Assembly (NCBI GenBank): GCA_963675755.2
Contig: CAXXMD010000003.1
Coordinates: 1,984,001 to 2,048,000, forward strand
Direction of reading: 5' to 3'
DNA length: 64,000 bases
Source: a bacterium
GTDB taxonomy: Bacteria; Zhuqueibacterota; Zhuqueibacteria; Residuimicrobiales; Krinioviventaceae
Part shown: piece after piece, positions 9,459 to 19,576 of the stretch
How the letters are laid out: the number at the start of each line of letters is the position of its first letter
Position numbering within the stretch: the stretch's first letter is position 1
The notes under the pieces: model-generated
Databases searched by the model: none
Told to the model about the DNA's origin: nothing
Seen by the model: only the letters and a program-made list of their open reading frames with translations
Made by a program: the position numbers and the translations under genes

Positions 9459-9917
9459 ATGTTCAAAAAGCGAAATAGAAATGATAATGATGATGAAAAA
9501 ATCAGGCACTTGTTAGATCAGGTGAAAAAAGATCTTGATGGTTCATTGGAACCAGTATCTCTGCAAAAATTGAATGCTTTTGAAAGAAAACAGATCCATC
9601 GGCATTTTGATCATAATCCAAACATCGTAACAAAGACCTATCGTAATGGGGACGATTATGAACTCAAGGTATATCCTGTGGGGAATTTAAAAAAGTTTGC
9701 TCAGGAAAAAGCAGATGAAGCTGTTCAATCAAGGAAAAAAGTAGTATTGCCGCATATGAGCAGCTATGCACGTTACGTAGTGCACGATTCCTTAAAAACA
9801 GTAGATTCTATCAAAGTGCAGAGTTTTGGAGAGGGAGCGGAAAGACACATTGAAATTGAACCCGAATTTTTCGGAAGAGGGTTGAAACGCATCATTAAAA
9901 AAATTAAATTGATGTAG
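9459..9917 (+). CDS. Tandem R3H-domain nucleic-acid-binding protein
   Basis: Two RxxxH motifs: LNAFERKQIH and MSSYARYVVH...SFGEGAERHIEI. The second resembles the Jag/EloR C-terminal R3H. Confidence 0.7.
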   Translation: MFKKRNRNDNDDEKIRHLLDQVKKDLDGSLEPVSLQKLNAFERKQIHRHFDHNPNIVTKTYRNGDDYELKVYPVGNLKKFAQEKADEAVQSRKKVVLPHMSSYARYVVHDSLKTVDSIKVQSFGEGAERHIEIEPEFFGRGLKRIIKKIKLM

Positions 9918-9919
9918 TG

Positions 9920-11554
9920 CTAACTATTTATAAAGACAGGGTTTGTGAAACAATGGAATTCCCTGTCTTTGCTTTTACAAACTGTAACCAGTCTTATATA
10001 TCCCGATTTCGGTAAATTATCCAACTGTACACTCAATTCCAGAGAATACCCGGTATCTCTTGGCAGATCCAGGGATTGAGGGTGTTCTGTGCGTTTTATT
10101 TTATCCCCAATATAAAGATCAATAGATGATATCTCTCCAAACGCAGGAGACGATAATACCTTAATTTCAGCCTGCACATTACTTGCTTGAACCGTATCAC
10201 CCAATTTCGCCAGCTTGTTTCCCTCCTGAAGACTCAAATCCGCAAAAGGTCCATCGGTTACAATAGCCTTTCCTTTTTGTATGCTTTGCAGAAGCGAGTC
10301 AAGCGTAAAAGACCCCTCTAAAAATACGCCCGTTCGTGCAACGGCAAAAACTTCCAGATGGTTTTCTTTCATGCTCCAGAATGGAGTGCTCAACTGACGG
10401 AACCTGTTGAAATTGCCATGCGCGTCATTGCCGGCCAAAAGAACAGGTTTATGGCCTTGCAGCAGCAAGTCTATCCACGCGGGTAAACCATGTTTAAGAA
10501 AATGTTCCTTGTCTCCGTTCCACATTTGAACACCGGTTAACCCTTGAGCTGTATAATCAGCATGATGCCATTTACCACGATTGATCAGTAAGCGCTGTAC
10601 AAACGGAGGATTGGTTTCGGGATGCGATGCAATAGATACGGCATCAGGTGATAATTTTTTCAAAACATTAGAGATCTGCCATTGCGGGCGGGTTTGTAGT
10701 ATCTTTTCCGCGCTGTCTCCATAACCAGCAAAAAACTCTCGATTGTTTAATATCAAAAAATGTACGTTCTGGTTTTTGTGATTGCCGGCAGACAGTTCTT
10801 CTCCCGGTATGATGACAAAATTGTCATCCTCTTTGTTGATCTGTTCAATCGTCTGCCACAGATGCTTCCATTTTTTTAAATCCGGATCGTTTTTCAGAAA
10901 ATTGTTCCAATGATCATCCAGATCGTACGAGTGGTCAGAAACCGCAAAAAAATCGATTCCCATACGTTTGGCGATGGTTTTGGATGCAGAAATGGGGGCG
11001 CCAAATTCAACCTGATCGCTGGTATAATTACTGTGATAATGCAGATCGCCAAAATACCAGTTATTTGCTTTTGGCAGCGGATGTGTGTCGATCAATACAT
11101 CAAAAGGTGCGTGGGATGTTTGTTTATAGTTGTCATTTTTAATGCAATAGGTTTTTCCGGCAATATGGTAATGCATTTCAACATCAATCTGAACACTGCC
11201 TTTTGATTTTGCCGACAGGTCAATGTCGATCAGGTTTTCCCAGAATTCAGAGTCAATATCAAGGTTTAAAGTATTGTGGTATATGCGCTCACGGCTGTTA
11301 TGCGAAATAATATCAACATTAATCTCTTGCAGGGTAACGGGAAAGCGGTTTGCATCTTTGATTAGGATTAATACCGGCAGTGGCTGTCCCGGATTGATGC
11401 GGTGAGGTACATCTGCCAGGATCTCGGGCTGCTTAATAAAGTACCGGCTGGGAATCCCAGGGAATCTGAAATGGATTTCTGCATAGAGGAAAAAGAACAG
11501 CAGGGGGGCAAGCACGTGTATATGTGTATGGATGTCTGGAAATTCTACGAACAT
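9920..11554 (-). CDS. PHP-domain metallohydrolase (CehA/McbA-like)
   Basis: GDLHYHS, SDH, PGEELS, ASHP and GNDAH metal ligands. Confidence 0.8.
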   Translation of the reverse strand: MFVEFPDIHTHIHVLAPLLFFFLYAEIHFRFPGIPSRYFIKQPEILADVPHRINPGQPLPVLILIKDANRFPVTLQEINVDIISHNSRERIYHNTLNLDIDSEFWENLIDIDLSAKSKGSVQIDVEMHYHIAGKTYCIKNDNYKQTSHAPFDVLIDTHPLPKANNWYFGDLHYHSNYTSDQVEFGAPISASKTIAKRMGIDFFAVSDHSYDLDDHWNNFLKNDPDLKKWKHLWQTIEQINKEDDNFVIIPGEELSAGNHKNQNVHFLILNNREFFAGYGDSAEKILQTRPQWQISNVLKKLSPDAVSIASHPETNPPFVQRLLINRGKWHHADYTAQGLTGVQMWNGDKEHFLKHGLPAWIDLLLQGHKPVLLAGNDAHGNFNRFRQLSTPFWSMKENHLEVFAVARTGVFLEGSFTLDSLLQSIQKGKAIVTDGPFADLSLQEGNKLAKLGDTVQASNVQAEIKVLSSPAFGEISSIDLYIGDKIKRTEHPQSLDLPRDTGYSLELSVQLDNLPKSGYIRLVTVCKSKDREFHCFTNPVFINS

Positions 11555-12597
11555 TGATTCAACTCTCGAATGGATTGGGCAATTTCAGCGGCAGGACGGG
11601 TATCTAGCCTTCCGGTGTGTTTTTCCACTGGTCGTCTGATGTACTTGTTCCAGGCATAACGGGTTTTTGACCACAGGCTTTTGGTCAAATAAGAATCGGC
11701 TTTGTATAGAAAAGAAGGGTCCATATAGCAATTCATAACGCATCCGCTGCAAAAATCGTATTTTCCTTCCATGTTTTTATAATCTTTGATTTTATCACTG
11801 TGATAGAGCGAGTACAGGCTGTTATTCACCGGGATTTTGTACTGATGATGATGGAAGCAGGGCAGCAACAAGTGATTGTCAGGAGAGATAACAATGGTTG
11901 AAGTCGTGACACGGCAGCGCGGATTTTCCGGATTGTTGCCTCCCATCCTTCGCAACTGGTGAAAGGCGCTGTTTATATAAACATAGGGCAGTTTACGAAA
12001 CGATTCAATGCGTTGCAGTGTACCTTCTGCCAGTTGATGTTGTTGTACATGAGAGAAAACCGGGTTAATAATAAGCATAAGACCCAGCTTGCCGGCGAAA
12101 CGGGCAAGGTTTTCGAGCTGGCCAATATTCTCCTGGGTAACGGTATACAAGATGTCCGGTGTTTCTCCCAGGGCTAAGGCCGTATCTATAGCCAGCATTA
12201 AACTGTCAAAAACATTTTTACCACGCAGTGTATTGTGCTGCTGAGGATCAAGAGAGTCCAGCGAGAAATGCAGCAGATCCACTTTACCCAGCAGGTCTTT
12301 GGCTTTTTGGGGATAAAGGATGCCGTTTGTGGTCAGGGTAGTACGATAGCCCATGGATTTTGCCATATCCAGCATCTCGGGCAGAGCGGTATGCAGCAAT
12401 GGCTCGCCGCCGGTAAAGTCTACGAATTTTAGTCCTAGCTTGCGCCCCTGTTCCAGATTTTGCCGGATTGCCTCAAGGTCAGCAAACTGACTTTTGGGAT
12501 TTCCGGGAGTGTCCCAAATATCACAGAATTGGCATTTGCAGTTGCAGCGATACGTGATATAATAATGTAAAAGTATGGGTGACCAGGGTAACTGCAT
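11545..12597 (-). CDS. Radical SAM protein with C-terminal Cys-rich (SPASM/twitch-like) domain
   Basis: CNCKCQFC (CxxxCxxC), FTGGEPLL and TTNG motifs; C-terminal C...PC...CSGCVMNC. Start moved to ATG 12597 to avoid overlap with the GT2 gene. Confidence 0.9.
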   Translation of the reverse strand: MQLPWSPILLHYYITYRCNCKCQFCDIWDTPGNPKSQFADLEAIRQNLEQGRKLGLKFVDFTGGEPLLHTALPEMLDMAKSMGYRTTLTTNGILYPQKAKDLLGKVDLLHFSLDSLDPQQHNTLRGKNVFDSLMLAIDTALALGETPDILYTVTQENIGQLENLARFAGKLGLMLIINPVFSHVQQHQLAEGTLQRIESFRKLPYVYINSAFHQLRRMGGNNPENPRCRVTTSTIVISPDNHLLLPCFHHHQYKIPVNNSLYSLYHSDKIKDYKNMEGKYDFCSGCVMNCYMDPSFLYKADSYLTKSLWSKTRYAWNKYIRRPVEKHTGRLDTRPAAEIAQSIRELNQCS

Positions 12598-12598
12598 T

Positions 12599-13741
12599 TT
12601 AAAACTCGGTTGTTTTGGAAAATATCGGATAATTCCTGTCTTTCCAGTCAATTTTACGGTCAAATATCAACATAATAGGAAAGACAAGAGTAAAATAAAA
12701 GTAATAGATTTTAAACGGCAGTATATATTTCAACAAATCCCTGCGGTCTAAAAATCCTGTAGATTTCCAGGTGGCAGTTAAATCTACCAGGGTCATGATG
12801 GTAAAGCCCAAAATTGCTGAATGGAATTGCAGTGTTATGATATTTAAAACAATAATGACATGGGCAGCAACCGAAGTAACCATCATTAATTTTGCTATAG
12901 GATGGACCGCGTTCACTGCGCTGGCCCAGCGTTTACGCTGGTTATAATATGACCGGACATGCAGAACCGGATCGCTTTTTACCAGTGAGTCTTGATGGAA
13001 CAAGAATTTAATTTTCCAGTTTCGGGATTTATGGATTTTGAGGATAAATGCAAAATCTTCTACAATGGTATTTCTAAGGTTTTTAAATCCACCTATAGAA
13101 TCAAACGTCTCCCGCCGAAAGGCCATGTTGTTGCCAAACCAACTGATTGGAAAACCATAGTGTCCGGTAGAGAGTGCAATAGTAAGTAAATATAACCAGT
13201 CGAATGACTGGATTCGACCAAACAATGGCATTTTTTCATTGGGTTTATCTAATAAAGTGGCCCCACCAACAAGTCCTAATCCGGGCGTAAATGCAGATAA
13301 CAGGTTTTTAATCCAACCGCGGGGCACCTGGCAATCAGCATCGGTTACGAATAAGAATTCACCTTTACTTTTTTCAACAGCAAACTGGATGGCGCCGGCT
13401 TTGCCGGAATTGTTTTCGAAATAATCTCCCAATGCAATGGGAATGATGTGTTTGTGTTTGTCAGCAAATTCTTTGATGATACTCTGGGTCTTATCCGTAG
13501 AATGATCGTCAACTATGATCAGTTCAAGTTTGTCTTGAGGATAGTCAAGTTCAATCAGAGAATTCAGGCAAGCGCTTATATAGTGTTCTTCATTTCTTGC
13601 TGCAACAATTACAGATACAGGTGGGAATTTGGTTAATGGTGGTTGATTATACTTTTTTAATCCGAAAAATATAATAATTCCACAGAGAATGTAAAGAGTA
13701 AAGATGCCATATTCGGCAAATGTTAAAAGCGTCAGGATCAT
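12599..13741 (-). CDS. Membrane GT2 glycosyltransferase (paralogue 5)
   Basis: VIVAARNEE, DDHSTD, TDADC, VED and QRKRWAS motifs; N-terminal TM plus C-terminal TMs. Confidence 0.9.
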   Translation of the reverse strand: MILTLLTFAEYGIFTLYILCGIIIFFGLKKYNQPPLTKFPPVSVIVAARNEEHYISACLNSLIELDYPQDKLELIIVDDHSTDKTQSIIKEFADKHKHIIPIALGDYFENNSGKAGAIQFAVEKSKGEFLFVTDADCQVPRGWIKNLLSAFTPGLGLVGGATLLDKPNEKMPLFGRIQSFDWLYLLTIALSTGHYGFPISWFGNNMAFRRETFDSIGGFKNLRNTIVEDFAFILKIHKSRNWKIKFLFHQDSLVKSDPVLHVRSYYNQRKRWASAVNAVHPIAKLMMVTSVAAHVIIVLNIITLQFHSAILGFTIMTLVDLTATWKSTGFLDRRDLLKYILPFKIYYFYFTLVFPIMLIFDRKIDWKDRNYPIFSKTTEF

Positions 13742-13748
13742 AGGTTTA

Positions 13749-14471
13749 TTATTCCGTATCTAGGTCCATTTCTACTGTGGATTGGTCGTTCTCAAATTTG
13801 ATTTTATTTGGAACGTTTAGCGGGGCGGGTCCGAACTGAATCGTCAGTTTTGTTAATGCTTTGGATATACGATTGGTCATGAGATCCGTTTTCCAGGCCC
13901 GTTCTACAATCGGCATAGAGGGGGAAAATTCAAGGTTCACAGTTTTTACATTGTCCTGATCAGCTACCGTGCCGGTAATATTCCAGATATGACTTTCCAG
14001 GTCAATGATGTAATTTAACGAATCACCGGCATTCAGGTCTTGTAAACGCAGGTGATACAAAAGCGATAAAATGTCCATACTTTTTTCCGGGGCAGGCCAT
14101 TGCAGATCATTGTCAGTATAGGCAATATTTTCATCACGTTTATATAGCGTTGTTACTTTTTGTTTTATATTCTTTTGTTTTATGTCTTTGGTGAATGAAA
14201 GGGTTTGCCATGTTTGTGTGTTTACCCGTGAAGTATATATATTGTCCACATAAAAGACAAAGCGGAATGCTTTTTTTGATTTCAGCTTCCATTGGAATTG
14301 AATGTCATTGGAATCAGATTGTTCACATGTCAATGAAGAATGAGCTGTAGCAAGTCCATTAAATTTTACAGAATAGTTTAACGTTTCATCTATAAATGGC
14401 AGGGTGTCTACTGCCCATGATGAGATGGTGAAAATTATTAACCAACCGAATGTAAATATCACTTTATTCAT
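13749..14471 (-). CDS. DUF3108-like exported protein
   Basis: Signal peptide; ETLNYSVKFNG and DILSLLYHLR patterns. Confidence 0.6.
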   Translation of the reverse strand: MNKVIFTFGWLIIFTISSWAVDTLPFIDETLNYSVKFNGLATAHSSLTCEQSDSNDIQFQWKLKSKKAFRFVFYVDNIYTSRVNTQTWQTLSFTKDIKQKNIKQKVTTLYKRDENIAYTDNDLQWPAPEKSMDILSLLYHLRLQDLNAGDSLNYIIDLESHIWNITGTVADQDNVKTVNLEFSPSMPIVERAWKTDLMTNRISKALTKLTIQFGPAPLNVPNKIKFENDQSTVEMDLDTE

Positions 14472-15658
14472 TCATTTACTTTCGACTGGTCTGTAAAAGA
14501 CAGGTGTCTGGGAGTTTTGTTAAAATCTGTAGAGTGCTTGCGCCCCTTCCATTTGAAATTGCCAAAAGTCCCCTGAAAACCCACATAAACAATATAAGGT
14601 ACTTGCAACACGAACCACAGTGGATACCATTTTAACAGATCTCGTCTGTTGTAATAGAACGCGCTTTTTAATGTAATTGCGCCATCCGCAAGAATTTTGA
14701 TGATTAATGCCCCGATGAAAAAAGACAAAGGGACGGATAAAAAGACTGCACCGAAAAAAGCAAGCGCTATGCTGATTGAATAAAGATACACCAACATCAG
14801 GTACAGAAAAAACGGGATGTTGAGGTATAATTGATAAGAACCGTTAGAGGCCCAACGAATACGTTGATTGATAAAGTCGTTCCATGTGGGCTGTGCTTTG
14901 GATACGGCAAAAGTTTTGGGATCTGCAGCAAAAACCGATTTATATTGGGTATAGCGGTTAATCAGTTGTAATAGCAATACATCGTCACCGGAAATGCGAT
15001 GAGCTATTCTATTAAATCCACCCACCTCTAAAAACGCCTCTCTTCGGTAAGCCAGATTTTGACCGGATGCGGCCATGGGCAATCCCATATTGCTGGTGCC
15101 AGCGGCTACACCCATCATCTGCATGAAATCAAACGCCTGAAGATTTTCAATGGTGTTTTGGTTGTCACGGGGAGTGCCGTATTGAGAAAAACCGATTACA
15201 AAGCCGATCTCGGGAGTAAAATATGATACCATGCTTTCAATCCAGGCCTTTTGCACGCGGCAATCCGCATCTGTTGAGAGAATCAGTTCACTTTTACTTT
15301 GTTCAATGGCCTGCTGCAAGGCAAATTTTTTGGGACTGAATCCATTTGGTACTGCCTGGACTGCAAGAGAACTAAAGTTGGGAAATCGGTTTGTAAATGT
15401 ATCTATAACAGCCTGTGTATTGTCTGTAGATCCGTCATTAACAACAATAACATTGAATTTATCTGCAGGATAAGTTTGTTGTGCAAGGTCCTCAAGAATA
15501 TTGCCAATATTGTCTTCTTCATCGCGTGCGGCAATGACTACCGTAACATGATATTGGGTTGTATTGCTGCCGGACTTTTTTGTCAATAATCCAATCAGGA
15601 ATAAAAGTATTGTAATAATATACAGTATTGATAAAAGTGTTACTATTGCAACTATCAT
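14468..15658 (-). CDS. Membrane GT2 glycosyltransferase (paralogue 4)
   Basis: AARDEE, NDGSTD, TDADC, NLAYRR, SGDD, QRIRWAS and WKGR motifs. Confidence 0.92.
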   Translation of the reverse strand: MIVAIVTLLSILYIITILLFLIGLLTKKSGSNTTQYHVTVVIAARDEEDNIGNILEDLAQQTYPADKFNVIVVNDGSTDNTQAVIDTFTNRFPNFSSLAVQAVPNGFSPKKFALQQAIEQSKSELILSTDADCRVQKAWIESMVSYFTPEIGFVIGFSQYGTPRDNQNTIENLQAFDFMQMMGVAAGTSNMGLPMAASGQNLAYRREAFLEVGGFNRIAHRISGDDVLLLQLINRYTQYKSVFAADPKTFAVSKAQPTWNDFINQRIRWASNGSYQLYLNIPFFLYLMLVYLYSISIALAFFGAVFLSVPLSFFIGALIIKILADGAITLKSAFYYNRRDLLKWYPLWFVLQVPYIVYVGFQGTFGNFKWKGRKHSTDFNKTPRHLSFTDQSKVNE

Positions 15659-15670
15659 GAAAAATCCAAC

Positions 15671-16774
15671 TTATTTCCATTTAAACCATTTTAACTGACC
15701 CAATGCTCCAAATATTACAACATAGAATAAATGAGCAATGGAGGCAAGCGGGAAAATTGTCAAATAATGCCATTTTTTCATTTTACCGGCAAAGACAGCC
15801 AGTAAAAGAAAATCTGCCATAAATTTTGCAAAAAGCAGGAACAATGTACTGTTTATAATACCAAATAACAATCCAAGAAGAGTAATGAGTAAAAACAGAT
15901 TGAATAAATATACCAGAACCAGGATCATAATTTTTACCGGTTCATAGTGCAATCCTTTGGATGCATGACGCATACGCTGATGGAAAAACTGGCTGATATT
16001 TGACAGCATAACAGTTGGCACTTCAAGGTCGGCATCGTAAGCGTAACGGATTTTCCAATCCGTGTTGTTTAGCACCAGTTTGAGGAACAGGTCATCGTCA
16101 CCAGATGCAAATTGTTTGATTTTTTCAAAGCCACCCACCTCTTTAAATACGCTCTTGCGGTACGCAAGGTTCCGTCCGTTACAGGTGGCGGGGAATCCCC
16201 ACCCGGAAGTACCTGCGGCTATAGCGGCAAGAGATAGAGCATCCAGAGCCAGAAATTTTGCGGGTATTGTATCGATTGATGGGAGCTCGTAGGGAGAAAA
16301 ACCTATCACCATCCCCGTTTCGGGAGTAAAACGTTTCACCAGGCCCTGTATCCAACCCACGGGGGGAAAGCAATCCGCATCTGTCAATAAAATGAGATCA
16401 CCCTTTGCATGTTCAATACCCATTGTAATTGCGTTCTTTTTGGGGGATATGATAGATTCACGATTTTCTGTGAATAGTTGGGTGATTTTAGAATCCGGAT
16501 ATTCGCTTTGAAAAGATTGAATGTATTCAGCAGTATGGTCTGTTGAACCATCATTAACAATTATAATTTCGTATTTTTCTTTGGGATAGTTTTGTTCAGT
16601 AAGGGATTGCAGCAGCGCAACAATATTGTCCTGTTCATCCCTTGCAGCAACAATTACAGAAATGAATGGTTGATCATGAGACTCGGTTTTGGGTATCCGA
16701 AAAAGGCCCAGGGTAATCCACAGAATAATGGCAATATAACCGGCGGTCATGATAAGAAGAAGATAAAAAAACAT
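15671..16774 (-). CDS. Membrane GT2 glycosyltransferase (paralogue 3)
   Basis: AARDEQ, NDGSTD, TDADC, NLAYRK, SGDDD and QRMRHAS motifs. Confidence 0.92.
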   Translation of the reverse strand: MFFYLLLIMTAGYIAIILWITLGLFRIPKTESHDQPFISVIVAARDEQDNIVALLQSLTEQNYPKEKYEIIIVNDGSTDHTAEYIQSFQSEYPDSKITQLFTENRESIISPKKNAITMGIEHAKGDLILLTDADCFPPVGWIQGLVKRFTPETGMVIGFSPYELPSIDTIPAKFLALDALSLAAIAAGTSGWGFPATCNGRNLAYRKSVFKEVGGFEKIKQFASGDDDLFLKLVLNNTDWKIRYAYDADLEVPTVMLSNISQFFHQRMRHASKGLHYEPVKIMILVLVYLFNLFLLITLLGLLFGIINSTLFLLFAKFMADFLLLAVFAGKMKKWHYLTIFPLASIAHLFYVVIFGALGQLKWFKWK

Positions 16775-16788
16775 AGAGTATGTACCGG

Positions 16789-18357
16789 TTAATAATTCAT
16801 TCTAAATTCAAATCGTGCCAGATGGTCATTTGAACCAAATCCGGCTATCTGGTTTATGTTGTCACCCTTACTATAGGTGTATGATACTGCAACAAAAATG
16901 TCTCTGCGTATCTGGTCCATCAGTTTAATGCCAAACAGATTACGTTTGTCTACAGTGCCGCCAAGAAAATGCTTGCGTAATCCGGATTCCGGTCGATCGG
17001 TGGTGCTGATGGTTCCGGTTCCTTTGCGGATCCGTTCAAAACTCAACTCTGCTTTAAAATCTCTGTTGAACCGATAAGATGCCAGCAGTAATGCAGTGTC
17101 TGAATTGGGCCCCAGCCAATGGCCTATGGCTTTATCATAATGTGAATAGATGTTGATGGAATCGTGATGCGCGTAAACAAAAGGTTCAACCCGGCTGTAT
17201 TCCAGGCGAAGGTCAAGGTCTTGAATATTCAGAGGACTGACAAGGTGAAGGCCGGTTAAAAATGCAAACTTGTTTCCATAGAACCGATTCAGGCTTTCAG
17301 CTGTGGTCATGTCGTCAATGAAAAATTCGGCATAAGCTTTAATACCCGCAAAACGGGTTAGGGTAATATCCAGACTCATGGTGTTGTTGTCCTGGTCTCC
17401 CAGGTGATGTTCAGCTACATGGTAGGGCATTAAGGGGTTGAGATATGACATTTCAACATCACGGTCACCATAAATAACGGTTTCCGTGCCGCCAACATAA
17501 AGCCCACGCAAGACACGAATATCAATTCTGTGACCTGTCAGATATTTAGGTCCCAGGCTATTATTAAGAAACATGTGTACGCTGGTGAATGAAAAACGTT
17601 TAAAGGTACTGTTGAGTTTGATCATGTCCGCAGGGGGCATGTTGCGTGTAAGACTCAAACCGCTATGATATCCGGGACCCCATTCCATTTCATCCTTACC
17701 TACCTGAACACGAAGCCAGGGACGTTCCCAGATGAAATAAGCTGTTGCCCTGTCACTGAATACATTTGATCCCGAGGTTACAGTGGGTGACCCTTTGGAA
17801 ACATCAAAGCTTTCTTCATCAATATCGGTTCCGCGAAGCAGAGAGTTGCGGGCATCTACATAATATCCCAGTTTGCCGCCAAGGTGCCCCCGTAAAATGC
17901 CACCAACAGTTGTCTCGGAAATTTTTTCAGTAGGATCGTATTGCTCACCCTTGTTGTAGACCATGTTTTGCATGACAAGCAAATCAAAATGGATCTGACT
18001 ATTATTTTCAAAATGAGAGTACAAGTGCTTTTCAGACATGGATGTTTTAACATCCGGGGCCATTTGCAAGAGTTCCTGAACGAAATCCCCTTTGAGCTGT
18101 TCAAACTGTGCATGGTCCGTTTTTGAAAATTTTCCCGAACTGTTTTTTAGATTATTTTCTATCTCGATAATGAGCTTTGTAACGGTTTCGCGGGAGTAAG
18201 GTTTGACTCGCATTACAACAGAGTTGACAAGACCTTTGGTTTCGCACCGGTCCAAAAAGTCGTAACCCCAATATCCCAGTGGTACATTAACAGTTTGGGC
18301 TATTGACTGAATGCTCAATAGAAAGAGTATTGCAAAAGATATTATAAAACGCTTCAA
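16789..18357 (-). CDS. Capsule assembly Wzi family outer-membrane protein
   Basis: Signal peptide; VGKDEMEWGPG, YLNP, YAEFFIDD, RLEYSR and GHWLGPNSD motifs; terminal aromatic residue (FRMNY). Confidence 0.8.
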   Translation of the reverse strand: MKRFIISFAILFLLSIQSIAQTVNVPLGYWGYDFLDRCETKGLVNSVVMRVKPYSRETVTKLIIEIENNLKNSSGKFSKTDHAQFEQLKGDFVQELLQMAPDVKTSMSEKHLYSHFENNSQIHFDLLVMQNMVYNKGEQYDPTEKISETTVGGILRGHLGGKLGYYVDARNSLLRGTDIDEESFDVSKGSPTVTSGSNVFSDRATAYFIWERPWLRVQVGKDEMEWGPGYHSGLSLTRNMPPADMIKLNSTFKRFSFTSVHMFLNNSLGPKYLTGHRIDIRVLRGLYVGGTETVIYGDRDVEMSYLNPLMPYHVAEHHLGDQDNNTMSLDITLTRFAGIKAYAEFFIDDMTTAESLNRFYGNKFAFLTGLHLVSPLNIQDLDLRLEYSRVEPFVYAHHDSINIYSHYDKAIGHWLGPNSDTALLLASYRFNRDFKAELSFERIRKGTGTISTTDRPESGLRKHFLGGTVDKRNLFGIKLMDQIRRDIFVAVSYTYSKGDNINQIAGFGSNDHLARFEFRMNY

Positions 18358-18436
18358 TGCGATTTTCCTTTATTTTTCAGGTAGAAATATACTGAAAATC
18401 AGTTATTATTCAAACCGCTAAATGAATGGATTTTCA

Positions 18437-19576
18437 TTAACCTTTGAGCGACCCCTTGAGATATGTACGGTCTTTCCATTTAAATCTTCCCGTCAAGCCT
18501 GCAATTCCAACAATGGGTATATAAACCAGTTGCAACAGTTCCGTCAAAAACATATCCCCATAGTGAAATGACCGGTTCAAGTGGCGGCAGCCGGTTCGAA
18601 TGAATTTTGTATCCAGTATGATTTTTATAACAAACAGCAACAATGTATAAACTGGCCATATTCCGGCTATTGGCAAGAGAATAGATAATGTGGTAGATAT
18701 ATAAAATAGAAAGACAAACAATTCCAGTAATATTAAAGCTATATGATAATATTTGCTTTTGGAAGCCCAGCGCACGCGTTGTTGGAAAAAACCGGCAAAT
18801 GTTGTGTTTGCCCGTGTCCAAACCGTGTTGGCGGAATCGGTGTTAAACAGGCTGCTCCATCTGGATTTTGAGAGCTTTTGCAGCAAGAGATCATCATCAC
18901 CGGAACCCAGGTGTTTGTTGCCGCTAAAACCGCCAATTTCAAGAAACACCTCTTTGCGATACGCCAGATTGGCTGCGTTTGCGAGAAACGGTTTCCCCAA
19001 TCCGAATGAGGCGGCACCTATCAGAACAAATCCAAGCGAGTCCAGCGATTCCATGCGCCCTAATATCGTGTTGCCGGGATCCACCAGCAGCCACGAAGCG
19101 GCAAGAGCTGTAGATCCATTAATAGATTTCACGGATTGTTCAAACCATCCGGGAGGTACCAGGCAGTCAGCATCGGTAGTCAGGATGATTTCTCCCTGCG
19201 CTCTGGTTATGCCGGTTTCAATGGCCTGTTTTTTTGGAGAGATCCCGGGTTGAATTGCGGGATTATCTAGCGCGATAATGTTTTGTACTGTCTCTGCGTA
19301 TTTGGAAATTATTTCAGCAGAGCCGTCGGTTGAATGATCGTTGATCAGGATGATTTCGTATCGGTCTTGTGGGTATTTTTGTGACAACAGACTATTGATA
19401 CAGTTTTCAAGGGTTTCAACTTCATTGCGTACCGGTACAAGTACCGAGATCATGGGGCGGATATCGTTCAATGGTTTACTGTTTGAGAGCAGGCGACCCA
19501 GCCCAATCATCAAAACGGATAAAAATATCGTATAAATCAGGGACAGTACCAGTATAAATATAAGGAGAATTGGCAT
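18437..19576 (-). CDS. Membrane GT2 glycosyltransferase (paralogue 2)
   Basis: PVRNE, NDHSTD, TDADC, NLAYRK, SGDDD and QRVRWAS motifs. Confidence 0.92.
   Translation of the reverse strand: MPILLIFILVLSLIYTIFLSVLMIGLGRLLSNSKPLNDIRPMISVLVPVRNEVETLENCINSLLSQKYPQDRYEIILINDHSTDGSAEIISKYAETVQNIIALDNPAIQPGISPKKQAIETGITRAQGEIILTTDADCLVPPGWFEQSVKSINGSTALAASWLLVDPGNTILGRMESLDSLGFVLIGAASFGLGKPFLANAANLAYRKEVFLEIGGFSGNKHLGSGDDDLLLQKLSKSRWSSLFNTDSANTVWTRANTTFAGFFQQRVRWASKSKYYHIALILLELFVFLFYISTTLSILLPIAGIWPVYTLLLFVIKIILDTKFIRTGCRHLNRSFHYGDMFLTELLQLVYIPIVGIAGLTGRFKWKDRTYLKGSLKG

Noticed and set aside
18753-19253. 166-aa plus-strand ORF
   Set aside because: Antisense to a well-supported GT2 gene; no motifs.
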